A stretch of 64,000 nucleotides of DNA from an uncultured delta proteobacterium (GTDB lineage Bacteria; Myxococcota_A; Polyangia; Polyangiales; Polyangiaceae). Of the stretch, positions 48,701 to 57,938 are shown piece after piece; position 1 is the stretch's first letter; every line of letters begins with the position of its first letter. Location: assembly GCA_963782055.1 (NCBI GenBank), contig CAWAIF010000003.1:4928001-4992000 (forward strand). The letters run 5' to 3'. Both the position numbers and the translations under genes were made by a program. The notes beneath the pieces are model-generated. The model was not told the DNA's origin. It was given only the letters and a program-made list of their open reading frames with translations, and did not search any database.

Positions 48701-48890
48701 CAGTTTTCGCACCGCGCACGCGTTTTCGCGGCGAAAAGCCCATGGCGAAATGCTCACGGCGAGGCGAGACTAGCAACCCGTCCTCGCGCGTTGCCCGTCT
48801 CCCCGGCGCGGCACGCGTGTCGCATTGGAACGAGTCATGTTGGAGCCGGCAGTCAACCGTCACGAACGCTCAGCCGCGCTGCGCCGCGGG

Positions 48891-49934
48891 ATGAGCACCA
48901 CGGCGGACGCCGCGCGCCTCGAGCGCGCCGCGTCGCCGGACGTGGTCGTCGACGAGAACGCGCTGTCGCTCCCGCGCCGCATGGTCCGCAACATGGCGGT
49001 GCAGGACTGGTTCGTCCTCGGCTACTTCCTGGTGCTCATCGCGGCCGTCATCGGCGGCAGCGGACCCAACCGCGCGGGCAACCTGCGCACGCTGCTGCAC
49101 GACACGGCGATCATCACGGTCGCGCTGGTGCTGGTGCGCGGCGAGCTGCTCAAGGGCGTCGCGGCCGCCACCCTCTACCGGCTCGGCCTCATCGTCTCCA
49201 TCCTGCTCTCGTACTTCCAGCTCCGGTGGATCCTGCCGGCCGTCACCTCGCGCGCGGTGGACGCCCAGATCTTCGCGTTCGACATGCGGGTGTTCGGGGT
49301 CGAGCCCTCGGTCGCGTGGGACAAGTTCGTCGCCCCCGCGACCACCGAGTGGTTCGCCTTCTTCTACTTCGGCTACTTCGCCATCATGGCGGCGCACATC
49401 GTGCCCTTCGTCACCCTCTCGAAGGACTCGCGCCTGCTGCGGCACTTCGGCATCGGCCTGGTCGCGCAGTTCTGCATCACCCACGTGCTGTACCTGGTGG
49501 TGCCGGGGTACGGGCCGTACCACGAGCTGCACTTCCAGCACGAGCTGCAGGGCGGCGTCTTCTGGCGGCTGGTGCAGGAGTCGGTGCACTCCGCCGGCGC
49601 GCTGAAGGACATCTTCCCGAGCCTCCACACCGGGGCGCCCACCTTCATCGCCATCTTCTCCTTCGTCCACCGCAAGCACGCCCCCTTCAAGTACACCTGG
49701 CCGGTGATCGCCTTCTGCGCCCTGCAGATCATCGGCGCGACGATGTTCCTGCGCTGGCACTACCTGATCGACATCATCGCCGGCTTCTCCCTCGCCGCGG
49801 TGAACGTGTACGTCGGCGGGAAGGTGGTCCGCTGGGAAGAAGGGCGCCGCGCCCGTGCGGGGTCGATGCCCCTGTTCGGGGAGGCCCCGCTGCCCTGGCT
49901 GGTCAAGCGGGTGATGGCCGGCAAGGCGGACTGA
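48891..49934 (+). CDS. PAP2-superfamily membrane phosphotransferase, AUR1/inositol-phosphorylceramide-synthase-like
   Basis: Multi-TM; YLVVPGYGP, DIFPSLHTG, LRWHYLIDIIAG. The start may be at 48837. Confidence 0.8.
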   Translation: MSTTADAARLERAASPDVVVDENALSLPRRMVRNMAVQDWFVLGYFLVLIAAVIGGSGPNRAGNLRTLLHDTAIITVALVLVRGELLKGVAAATLYRLGLIVSILLSYFQLRWILPAVTSRAVDAQIFAFDMRVFGVEPSVAWDKFVAPATTEWFAFFYFGYFAIMAAHIVPFVTLSKDSRLLRHFGIGLVAQFCITHVLYLVVPGYGPYHELHFQHELQGGVFWRLVQESVHSAGALKDIFPSLHTGAPTFIAIFSFVHRKHAPFKYTWPVIAFCALQIIGATMFLRWHYLIDIIAGFSLAAVNVYVGGKVVRWEEGRRARAGSMPLFGEAPLPWLVKRVMAGKAD

Positions 49935-50130
49935 CTGCCCCGCAGGCCGGGATGCGGAGGGGCGGCCGGGCGGGCAGGCTCACGCCCTCCCGCGCGACGA
50001 CTGGATCGCGCGTGCCCCAGCACCCGTCACGCAATTGTGCGGGGCAGGACGTTGACGGAAGGCCAAACGTGTGAGTAATTGCGCACACGCCGTCCTTGGG
50101 GTGGCGAGGACTTTGGCGAGGAGCAGCGTG

Positions 50131-50784
50131 ATGAAGAACATTCGATTGGCTTTGGTGCTCGGCAGCGCGGCTTCTCTGGCGCTGGCGGCGATCGGCATGT
50201 CGGCCTGCAGCGGCGACGACATCGTCAACAACACGAACGACGCCGGCAAGAAGGACAGCAGCGTCAACGACAGCGGCGGCGGCAACGACAGCGGTGGCGG
50301 CAACGACAGCGGCGGCAACGACAGCGGCGCAGCCGACTGCGGCAAGCCGAACTCGATCTTCAACACGCCCGACGCCGGTCCGTACTGCCCCTTCCAGGTC
50401 GGGCCGGACGGCGGCACGGTGTTCAGCGCCTGCGACATGGGCCAGCACTGCTGCGTGTACGGGAGCACGGACGCCGGCTCCACCTGCAACGACTCCAACA
50501 CCGCGTGCGCCGACGGCGGCTTCCCCGCCGACTTCGAGTGCAACGAGAACAGCGACTGCCCGAACAACGGCGACGTCTGCTGCCTCGTCGGCTCGGTGAA
50601 GCAGGACCAGGTCTGCACCGACACCTACTACGGCAGCCTGGTGAAGGGCACCAAGTGCGAGGCGACCCAGTGCGCCAACGGCGAGGTCCCGCTCTGCAAT
50701 GCGCCCGATGCCGGCTGTGGCCAGGGCCTGACCTGCCGTCCGTTCAAGACCAAGGCGATCTCGCTCGGCGGCTGCGTCCCCTGA
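50131..50784 (+). CDS. Cys-rich lipoprotein
   Basis: MKNIRLALVLGSAASLALAAIGMSAC lipobox; NDSGGG tandem repeats; EC....DCP...VCC module. Confidence 0.8.
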   Translation: MKNIRLALVLGSAASLALAAIGMSACSGDDIVNNTNDAGKKDSSVNDSGGGNDSGGGNDSGGNDSGAADCGKPNSIFNTPDAGPYCPFQVGPDGGTVFSACDMGQHCCVYGSTDAGSTCNDSNTACADGGFPADFECNENSDCPNNGDVCCLVGSVKQDQVCTDTYYGSLVKGTKCEATQCANGEVPLCNAPDAGCGQGLTCRPFKTKAISLGGCVP

Positions 50785-50837
50785 CCTCACCCCCCGGCCT
50801 CACCCCCCGGCCCCCTCTCCACTTCGTGGAGAGGGGG
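50785..50837. repeat. REP-like element / bidirectional hairpin between convergent genes
   Basis: CCTCACCCCCCGG twice in tandem, then perfect 12-bp hairpin CCCCCTCTCCAC-TTC-GTGGAGAGGGGG. Confidence 0.7.
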
Positions 50838-50853
50838 AGAGGAGAGGTGATGC

Positions 50854-51702
50854 TCAGGGGCGGGCGTGGGAGAGGATCCACTCCGCCATGGCGTCCGCGA
50901 TGGGGCGCCACTCCGGCTCGTTGAGGACCTCGTGGAAGAGGCCCTCCTTCTCGTCCTTCGTCTTGTCGGCGCTGCCGGCGCGGTCGTAGAAGGTGCGCCC
51001 GCCCTCGGGTGAGGCGACGTGGTCGGCGGTGCCGACGACGAGGTACAGCGGCATGGTCAGCTCCGGCGCGCGCGCGAGGCAGCGCTCCTGCGCCTTGGTG
51101 GCCTCCACGAACCAGCGCGCGTTCGCCTTCGGGAAGACCAGCGGGTCCTCGTCGTAGGCGCGGGCCTTGTCCGGATCGTGCGTGACGTCCTTGCCGGAGA
51201 GGCCGGAGGGGATGCTCAGGCTCGGGATGATGCGCGCCGCGATCTTCCCGGCCAGGAGCTTGAGCGGGGGCACCGGGAGCGCGAGGCGGAAGTACGGACC
51301 GGAGAGCATCAGGCCCTTCCACTCGCCGGGCCGCGTCAGCGCGCGCGAGGCCGCGACCAGACCGCCGAAGCTGTGGCCGAAGAGGAAGGCGGGGAGGCCG
51401 GGTGCCTTCTTCGCGACGAGGCGCTCCAGCTCGGTCATGTCGTGCATGTACTCGTCGAAGGAGCGGCAGGCGCCGCGTGGACCCTCGGCGCGGCCGTGGC
51501 CGCGCAGGTCGATGGCCACGCTGACGATGCCGCGCTCGGCCCACGCCGCCTGCACGTGCGCGTAGCGGCCGGAGTGCTCGGCGTAGCCGTGCACGATGCC
51601 CACCGCGGCCACCGCGCCGGTGTCCGGGCCGACGGTCACCTGGTACAGGCGAGGGCCGGGGGTGACCTCGCGCTCCAGCGGTCCCTTGTCTTCGGTCGTC
51701 AT
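50854..51702 (-). CDS. Alpha/beta hydrolase (lysophospholipase/monoacylglycerol lipase family)
   Basis: VHGYAEHSGRY, DLRGHG, GHSFGG nucleophile elbow, GTADHV, GLFHEVLNE. Confidence 0.92.
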   Translation of the reverse strand: MTTEDKGPLEREVTPGPRLYQVTVGPDTGAVAAVGIVHGYAEHSGRYAHVQAAWAERGIVSVAIDLRGHGRAEGPRGACRSFDEYMHDMTELERLVAKKAPGLPAFLFGHSFGGLVAASRALTRPGEWKGLMLSGPYFRLALPVPPLKLLAGKIAARIIPSLSIPSGLSGKDVTHDPDKARAYDEDPLVFPKANARWFVEATKAQERCLARAPELTMPLYLVVGTADHVASPEGGRTFYDRAGSADKTKDEKEGLFHEVLNEPEWRPIADAMAEWILSHARP

Positions 51703-51736
51703 CGGGGTCCTCGCAGCTTGGATGTCACTGCCCGGA

Positions 51737-52303
51737 TCAGGAGCTGCTCGGCTCCTGGTCCGCGGCGAGCAGGGCCTCGCGCAGCGCGGCGATGGCCCGC
51801 GCCGCCCGCGACTTCACGGTGCCGAGGGGCACGCCCTCCCGCTCGGCGATCTCGGGGTAGCTGAGGCCCTCGTAGAAGGCGACCTCCAGCGTCTTGCGCT
51901 GCGCCTCCGGGAGCGAGGCCAGCGCCTGGCGCACCTGCGCGCGGCGGCCGGCGTCGTTGCTGAGCACCTCCGGGTCGCGGGACTCGAACGCGGGGCGCTC
52001 CAGGGCATCCTTGCGCGCCAGCGCGCCGCGGCGATCGCGCCGGCGCTTCCGATCGATGCTCAGGTTGCGCACCAGGGTGACCAGCCACGCCGCCACGCTC
52101 CCGCGCTCGGCGGAGTACTGGGCGGCGCGCTCGCTGACGGTGACGAAGGCGTCATGAAGCACGTCCTCGGCCTCGGCGCGGTCGCGCACGATGCGCAGGG
52201 CGAGCGGAAAGAGCTGGGCGATGTACGCGTCATACAGCTCACCCACCGCCGCGGCCTCGCCGCGGGCGATCCGGGCGAGCAGGTCGGCGTCGGCGGGGCC
52301 CAT
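51737..52303 (-). CDS. ECF-type RNA polymerase sigma factor
   Basis: AEAEDVLHDAF, AWLVTLVRNLSID, LPEAQR..LE.AFYEGLSYPEIA...GTVKSR. Confidence 0.92.
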   Translation of the reverse strand: MGPADADLLARIARGEAAAVGELYDAYIAQLFPLALRIVRDRAEAEDVLHDAFVTVSERAAQYSAERGSVAAWLVTLVRNLSIDRKRRRDRRGALARKDALERPAFESRDPEVLSNDAGRRAQVRQALASLPEAQRKTLEVAFYEGLSYPEIAEREGVPLGTVKSRAARAIAALREALLAADQEPSSS

Positions 52304-52405
52304 CTGGCGGAGCCTCCTAGGACCCCCGCGAAAGGTCAACACGAAAACCGGCGCGGCTCGAGGGGGCGGAGCGCCGGACGCGGCGGCGCGCTACACTGCA
52401 AACCC

Positions 52406-52999
52406 GTGATCGCCGTTCGCGTGCTCGCCGCGTGCCTGGGCGCTCTCTTCGTGGCCGCGCCGCTCGCCGCCGACGGCTTCGTGCCGCACGGGCAGGGGCT
52501 CGATCGCCCGCCGCGCACCCTGGCGCCGGCGGGGCCAGACCCCGCCCCCATCCTGGCGACGCTGGCGCAGACGCACACCGGCGAGCGCGTCGTGCTCGAC
52601 GAGCGATCGCCGTCGGAGGCGCGCTTCGACGTGCTCCTGGAGGACCGGGTGTGCGGGGAGCTCCACGCCATCGATCCGCGACTTCTCGGGCTGCTTCGCG
52701 CGCTGGCGACGCGCCATCCGGGCTCGCGCATCGAGATTGTCAGCGGCTACCGGAGCGCCAAGCTGAACGAGATGCGCCGCAAGAAGGGGCACCACGTGGC
52801 GCGCCACAGCCAGCACTCGCTCGGGCACGCGGTCGACTTCCGGCTGGTGCCGCCGGGGGCCGACAAGGGGGAGGACCCGCGGCTGCTGCGGGCGGAGGTG
52901 CGGTCCCTCGGCTGGGAGGGCGGCGTGGGGGTCTACACACTCCAGACCGATTGGTTCGTTCATGCCGACGTGGGCCCGCTCCGCGGCTGGAACGGGTAA
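52406..52999 (+). CDS. DUF882/YcbK (peptidase M15) exported protein
   Basis: Signal peptide; IDPRLL, IVSGYRSAKLN, SQHSLGHAVD, GVGVY...FVHADVG. Confidence 0.85.
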   Translation: MIAVRVLAACLGALFVAAPLAADGFVPHGQGLDRPPRTLAPAGPDPAPILATLAQTHTGERVVLDERSPSEARFDVLLEDRVCGELHAIDPRLLGLLRALATRHPGSRIEIVSGYRSAKLNEMRRKKGHHVARHSQHSLGHAVDFRLVPPGADKGEDPRLLRAEVRSLGWEGGVGVYTLQTDWFVHADVGPLRGWNG

Positions 53000-53100
53000 C
53001 CGGCAGATCGTTAGCGTGCACATGAAGGGGCCCCGAACCGTCCGGCCGGGGAGGGGCTGGGGTGGGGGGGAGGCGGCCTGTGCACCCCTCCCAGGGCGTG

Positions 53101-54591
53101 TCAGCGGAGGGCGGCCGCGCTCGGGGGGAAGTCCAGCGTCGCCTGCAGGTAGACGTAGTGCGAGAAATCCGGCGCCGCGAGGGCGCCGGAGGCGTCGACC
53201 GTCCCGCGCTGGCGCGCCAGGAGCACCGCCTTCGCACCGTCGCCGAGGAGCATGCCGGCGTAGCCCGCGGCGAGCGTCAACGCCGGCCAGGGCCGCCAGG
53301 ACGCGGTCACGTCCAGCTCGTGGCCGAGGTCCAGGCTGCCCGTCCCCGCCGGCAGCGAGCCGACGGTGAAGAGGTAGCCGTCCAGCCAGTCCCCCGTGTG
53401 CGTGGCGAGCCGGGTGTAGTGGTACTCCAGCGCCACGTGCACGTCCGGCGTGGGGGCGATGCGCACCGCCGCGTGGCCATCGATGACGTTGGAGAGCGCC
53501 GTCGCGTCGAGCAGGCCGTAATGGGTGGCCACGTCGGGGTAGAGCGGGTCGAACTGTGCGTAGGTGCCGCCCTCCTGACCACCGCTGGCGAAGGCGCCGC
53601 CGACGCGCACCGAGGGCATGAGGGCCACGCCGCTGAAGGTGTGCGAGGCGTCCCCGGCGAAGGCGTAGGCGAGGCGATCCAGCGACGCGCCGCCCACCGT
53701 CACCGATCCGAGCTGCGCGGCGCCCGTCACGCCGTACTTCCACCCGCGGTGGTCCCCCGCCACGCGCGCCCCGACCGTGTACACGTCGTGCTGGCGTGCC
53801 TCCTGGAAGCCCTGGATGAGTCCGGTCCCGGCGGCGCCGGTGCGCGCCAGACCGAAGACCTCGGCGTGAAAGAGGGGGTCGAGGGTGAGGCCGACCATCG
53901 CCCCGTACAGGATTGAGCCGCCGCTCGTGGTGCCGGAGAAGTCGTCGAAGGAGGTGCCGAGCGGCAGCGCTGCGTCGAGCACCGCGCCGAAGGCCTCGAA
54001 GTCCCAGGCTTTGTAGGTGGCGTGGCCGCGCGCGGCGTCGAAGGTCCGCGCGACCGGCGAGAAATCGGCGTTGCCCAGCAGGCGGCCGTCCCCCCAGGTG
54101 ATCGCCTGCCGCCCGAGGCGCAGGTACACGGGGTTGTCCGGCGACGTGGTGTGGATCTCCACGTAGCCCTCGTACAGCCCGGTGGCGCCGCGCGGGACGA
54201 CCGGGTCGGCGGGCAGCACCGCCGTCGGCGCGGAGATGCCGGCGAGGTGTGTGTCCTGCAAGGTCACCTGCGCGGCGAGCGCACCGCGCTCCACGCCCAG
54301 GCCGAGGCGGGTCCGCTCGAAGACATCCCAGGCGTTCTCGGCGTAGGCGCCGCCGCCGCCGGCGTCGACCGGATCGTGCCGCCACTCGCCGCGCGCGCGC
54401 ACCTGCAGCAGCGGGTGGAGGGTGAAGTCGTAGAGCTTCAGCGGGGGCGGGGCGGCCTCCGCCGGCGCGTCGACGTGCTGCTCACCCTCCTTCGGCGCGG
54501 GGGTCGTCTGCGCGCGGGAGGGCACCGACACGGAGAGGCCGCACAGCGCGAAGGCGACGGAGAGTACGGTGCCACGAGGGCGCACGGCCAC
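53101..54591 (-). CDS. Alginate-export (AlgE)-family outer-membrane beta-barrel
   Basis: Signal peptide; RTRLGL, LYEGYV, LRLGRQAITWGDGRLLGNADF...RTFDAAR, ASG, LGHELD, YVYLQATLDF. Confidence 0.8.
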   Translation of the reverse strand: MAVRPRGTVLSVAFALCGLSVSVPSRAQTTPAPKEGEQHVDAPAEAAPPPLKLYDFTLHPLLQVRARGEWRHDPVDAGGGGAYAENAWDVFERTRLGLGVERGALAAQVTLQDTHLAGISAPTAVLPADPVVPRGATGLYEGYVEIHTTSPDNPVYLRLGRQAITWGDGRLLGNADFSPVARTFDAARGHATYKAWDFEAFGAVLDAALPLGTSFDDFSGTTSGGSILYGAMVGLTLDPLFHAEVFGLARTGAAGTGLIQGFQEARQHDVYTVGARVAGDHRGWKYGVTGAAQLGSVTVGGASLDRLAYAFAGDASHTFSGVALMPSVRVGGAFASGGQEGGTYAQFDPLYPDVATHYGLLDATALSNVIDGHAAVRIAPTPDVHVALEYHYTRLATHTGDWLDGYLFTVGSLPAGTGSLDLGHELDVTASWRPWPALTLAAGYAGMLLGDGAKAVLLARQRGTVDASGALAAPDFSHYVYLQATLDFPPSAAALR

Positions 54592-54621
54592 GACGCTAGC
54601 ACAGGCGCCCGCCCCTGGGCG

Positions 54622-56025
54622 TCACCCTTCCGCAGGCTGCGTCTCCAGGAAGTGACGCGCCCTGGAGAGCAGGGTCTCGCGCTCGTTCAGCGCAGGGTCG
54701 TTGGTGACGTCCTCGAGCAGCGCGGCGAGGATCTTCCCGAGCACCGGGCCCGGCGGCAGGCCGAGCTCCTTCATGAGGTCGTGGCCCCCGATGGCGAGAT
54801 CGCGGGTGTTGAGCGCGGCGCCCCGGGCGATGACCCGGGCCACGTGCTCCTTCAGCGCGGCGAGCGCGGCGAGGTCCGCCTCGAAGTCGCGCCCCTTCGC
54901 GCGCACGTCCGCCTCGTTCAGCGTGTAGAGGTCCTGCACCCGGTCCTTGCCCACGCGCCGGATCCACCGCCGCACCGTCGCGTCGCTCCACTCGGCCGTG
55001 TAGTGGAAGAGGTGGTGGCGCACGAGCAGGACGATCCGCTCGCGCTCCTCGTTGGAGAAGCGCAGCCGCCGGCAGATGGGATCCGCCATCTCCGCGCCGA
55101 CGCGATCGTGGTCGTAGAAGGTCCAGTCCCTGGTCTTGTCGCTGAAGGCGCGCGTGCGCGGCTTGCCCACGTCGTGCAGCAGGGCGGCGATGCGCAGGAA
55201 GGCGTCGCCCTGGCAGGCGTCCATGCACTCCATCGCGTGGCGCCAGACGTCGTAGGCGTGCCATTTGTTCTGCTCCATCTCGACGCCCTCGAGCATCTCC
55301 GGGCAGGTGACGCCCAGGATGCCCGTGCGGCGCATCACCTCGAAGGCGCGGGACGGACGCCGCGCCTTCATCGTCTTGACCCACTCGTCGCGCACGCGCT
55401 CCGCCGAGACCTTGCGGTACGTGTCCAGCGTCGGGGCGATGGCGCGCTCGGTGTCGGCGTCCAGCTCCACCTCCAGCGTGGCGACGAAGCGAGCGGCTCG
55501 CAGCACGCGCAGCCCGTCCTCCCGGAAGCGCTCGAGCGGATCGCCCACCGCCCGGAGAAGACGCCGGCCGAGGTCCTTCTGGCCCTCGAAGGGGTCGATG
55601 ACGTGGCCGTCGTTGGGGTCGAGGGCGATGGCGTTGACGGTGAAGTCCCGCCTGGCGAGGTCCGCGACGATGTCCTCGACGAACTCGACGGTGTCCGGCC
55701 GGCGCCCGTCGCTGTAGGCGCCCTCCCCGCGGAGGGTCGTCACCTCGTACGGGTGGTTCTTGAGCAGGACCGTCACCGTGCCGTGCTGGATGCCGGTGGG
55801 AATGACGCGCGGGAAGATGCGCATGACCTCCTCCGGCCGGGCGTCGGTCGCGACGTCCCAGTCGGAGATCTCCTTGCCGAGCAGCAGGTCCCGCACACAC
55901 CCCCCGACCACCCAGCCGCGCTTGCCGTGCTCGGCCAGCCTCTTGCAGAGCGCCCGGACCTCCTCGGGGACTGCGTCGAGCCAGTCGTCCCTGGGGACGG
56001 CGTCCTGAGAACCCGGCCGTGTCAC
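54622..56025 (-). CDS. CCA-adding tRNA nucleotidyltransferase with HD domain
   Basis: VGGCVRDLLLG...DWDVAT, EVTTLR, loop YSDGRRPD, DLARRDFTVNAIA, RFREDGLRVLRAARF, LLHDVGKP. Lacks the poly(A) polymerase GRRF signature. Confidence 0.88.
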   Translation of the reverse strand: MTRPGSQDAVPRDDWLDAVPEEVRALCKRLAEHGKRGWVVGGCVRDLLLGKEISDWDVATDARPEEVMRIFPRVIPTGIQHGTVTVLLKNHPYEVTTLRGEGAYSDGRRPDTVEFVEDIVADLARRDFTVNAIALDPNDGHVIDPFEGQKDLGRRLLRAVGDPLERFREDGLRVLRAARFVATLEVELDADTERAIAPTLDTYRKVSAERVRDEWVKTMKARRPSRAFEVMRRTGILGVTCPEMLEGVEMEQNKWHAYDVWRHAMECMDACQGDAFLRIAALLHDVGKPRTRAFSDKTRDWTFYDHDRVGAEMADPICRRLRFSNEERERIVLLVRHHLFHYTAEWSDATVRRWIRRVGKDRVQDLYTLNEADVRAKGRDFEADLAALAALKEHVARVIARGAALNTRDLAIGGHDLMKELGLPPGPVLGKILAALLEDVTNDPALNERETLLSRARHFLETQPAEG

Positions 56026-56091
56026 GCCAGCAGCGTACCGGCTTTTTCAGGCACGCGCCGCGCGCATGCAGTACGATTCTTCGGTTACGGC

Positions 56092-57780
56092 ATGGAACCC
56101 GCTTCCCAGCTAGGTCGCTACCGCCTCATCGCCGAGCTCGCGCACGGGGGGATGGGGGACGTGTACCTGGGCGTGGCCCAGGGTCCCGGCGGCTTCAACA
56201 AGCTGATGGTCATCAAGCAGCTGCGCCCGGCGCTGGCCGAGGACGAGCAGTTCCTCGCCATGTTCCTGGAGGAGGCGCGCCTGGCCGCCCGGCTGAACCA
56301 CCCCAACGTGGTGCAGACGGTGGAGGTCGGGTCGGAGGGCCGCGATCACTTCCTGGCGATGGAGTACCTGGAGGGCCAGTCGCTCCAGCGGCTCCGCACC
56401 CGCATCGCCAAGGATCGCCCCTTCCCCCTCGGCCCCCACCTGCGCATCCTCGTCGAGGTGTGCGCCGGCCTGCACTACGCCCACGAGCTGGTGGACATCG
56501 ACAACACGCCGCTCGGCATCGTCCACCGCGACGTCACCCCCCACAACCTCTTCGTCACCTACGAGGGGCGCGTCAAGGTGGTGGACTTCGGCATCGCCAA
56601 GGCGATGGACTCCTCGCTGGAGACGCGCACCGGCGAGCTGAAGGGCAAGATCGCCTACATGCCGCCGGAGCAGGCCTCCGCGCAGCGCGTGGACCGGCGG
56701 GCGGACGTCTTCGCGGTGGGCGTGATGATCTGGGAGGCCGCCGTCGGCCGCCGCCTCTGGAAGGGCATGAACGAGCTGGCGATCATGCACCAGCTGATGA
56801 ACGGGGCGATCCCCTCCCCTCGCTCCGTCGACCCGCGCGTGCCGCCGGAGCTGGACCGCATCTGCCAGAAGGCGATGGCCACGTCACCCGACGACCGCTA
56901 CGCCACGGCGGCGGACCTCTCGGCCGACCTGGAGCGCTTCCTCGTCAGCATCGGCGACCGCACGACGCACCGCGAGATCGCCAAGCTGGTCGGCGACGCC
57001 TTCGAGACCGACCGCAAGGAGATGCGCGAGATCATCGACGCGCAGCTCCGCGGGCTGCGGGCGGAGCCCGGGAGCAGCGGCCCGGTGCCCGTGCCGCGCA
57101 TCGACCTGACCGGCACGCGCACGCCGTCGGTCTCCGGCGTGCCTCGCCCGTCGGCCACGCAGATGGACACCGGCGCGGCGCCCTCCTTCACCGCCGGAGG
57201 TACCGCGGCGAGCACCCAGCCTTCCACGCCTCGCCGCACCTCGCTGGTGATCGGCGCGGTGATGACCGTCGCCGCGGTCGGCCTGCTCGCCGTCGCGGTG
57301 GCGGTGGGCCTGCATCGCTCCTCCGACACGCCCGCCGCGGGGGCCGCGAGCGCGGCGACCTCGACACCTCCGACGACGACCGACACCGACACGACCGCGC
57401 CCCCGCACGTGGACGTCACCTTCACCGCCAACCCCGCGGACGCGAAGCTCACCCTGGACGACGCCCCGCTGGAGGGTAACCCCTTCACCGGCGCCTTCCC
57501 GCGTGACGGGCTCGCGCACCGCGTCCGCGCCGAGGCGAAGGGCTACCTTCCCCGCACCGAGATCGTGGTCTTCGACAAGGACGCCGCGAGCGTCTCCCTC
57601 ACCCTGCCGAAGGCCACCGTCATCGGCGGGCCGATCCCCGGGTGGAAGGGCCCGCACCACGGGGCGCTCGCCAGGACGCCGGCCACCAGCACCAAGCCGG
57701 CGGCGAGCGTCGACCCTCTCGACGCGAACAAGAAGCCGCCGAAGCGCCAGATCGACACCAACCCGTTCGGCAAGCCCTGA
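56092..57780 (+). CDS. Transmembrane Ser/Thr protein kinase with PEGA-like extracytoplasmic domain
   Basis: HGGMGDVY, VIKQL, HRDVTPHN, DFGIAK, GKIAYMPPEQ; TM helix; ANPADAKLTLD...GY. Confidence 0.93.
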   Translation: MEPASQLGRYRLIAELAHGGMGDVYLGVAQGPGGFNKLMVIKQLRPALAEDEQFLAMFLEEARLAARLNHPNVVQTVEVGSEGRDHFLAMEYLEGQSLQRLRTRIAKDRPFPLGPHLRILVEVCAGLHYAHELVDIDNTPLGIVHRDVTPHNLFVTYEGRVKVVDFGIAKAMDSSLETRTGELKGKIAYMPPEQASAQRVDRRADVFAVGVMIWEAAVGRRLWKGMNELAIMHQLMNGAIPSPRSVDPRVPPELDRICQKAMATSPDDRYATAADLSADLERFLVSIGDRTTHREIAKLVGDAFETDRKEMREIIDAQLRGLRAEPGSSGPVPVPRIDLTGTRTPSVSGVPRPSATQMDTGAAPSFTAGGTAASTQPSTPRRTSLVIGAVMTVAAVGLLAVAVAVGLHRSSDTPAAGAASAATSTPPTTTDTDTTAPPHVDVTFTANPADAKLTLDDAPLEGNPFTGAFPRDGLAHRVRAEAKGYLPRTEIVVFDKDAASVSLTLPKATVIGGPIPGWKGPHHGALARTPATSTKPAASVDPLDANKKPPKRQIDTNPFGKP

Positions 57781-57938
57781 GAAGGGGCGGGCGCCCGGGT
57801 GTACGGCTGAGGCGAATCGCGTTACGGTCGAGGTGAGTTCGGGGGCTCGCTGTCACGGGGGGCGTCCGGCCAACGGATCAGGGTGCGGACTCTCGTCACG
57901 ACCGACGAGTACGGGCCCTCTCGCTGCGGAGGCGACCC

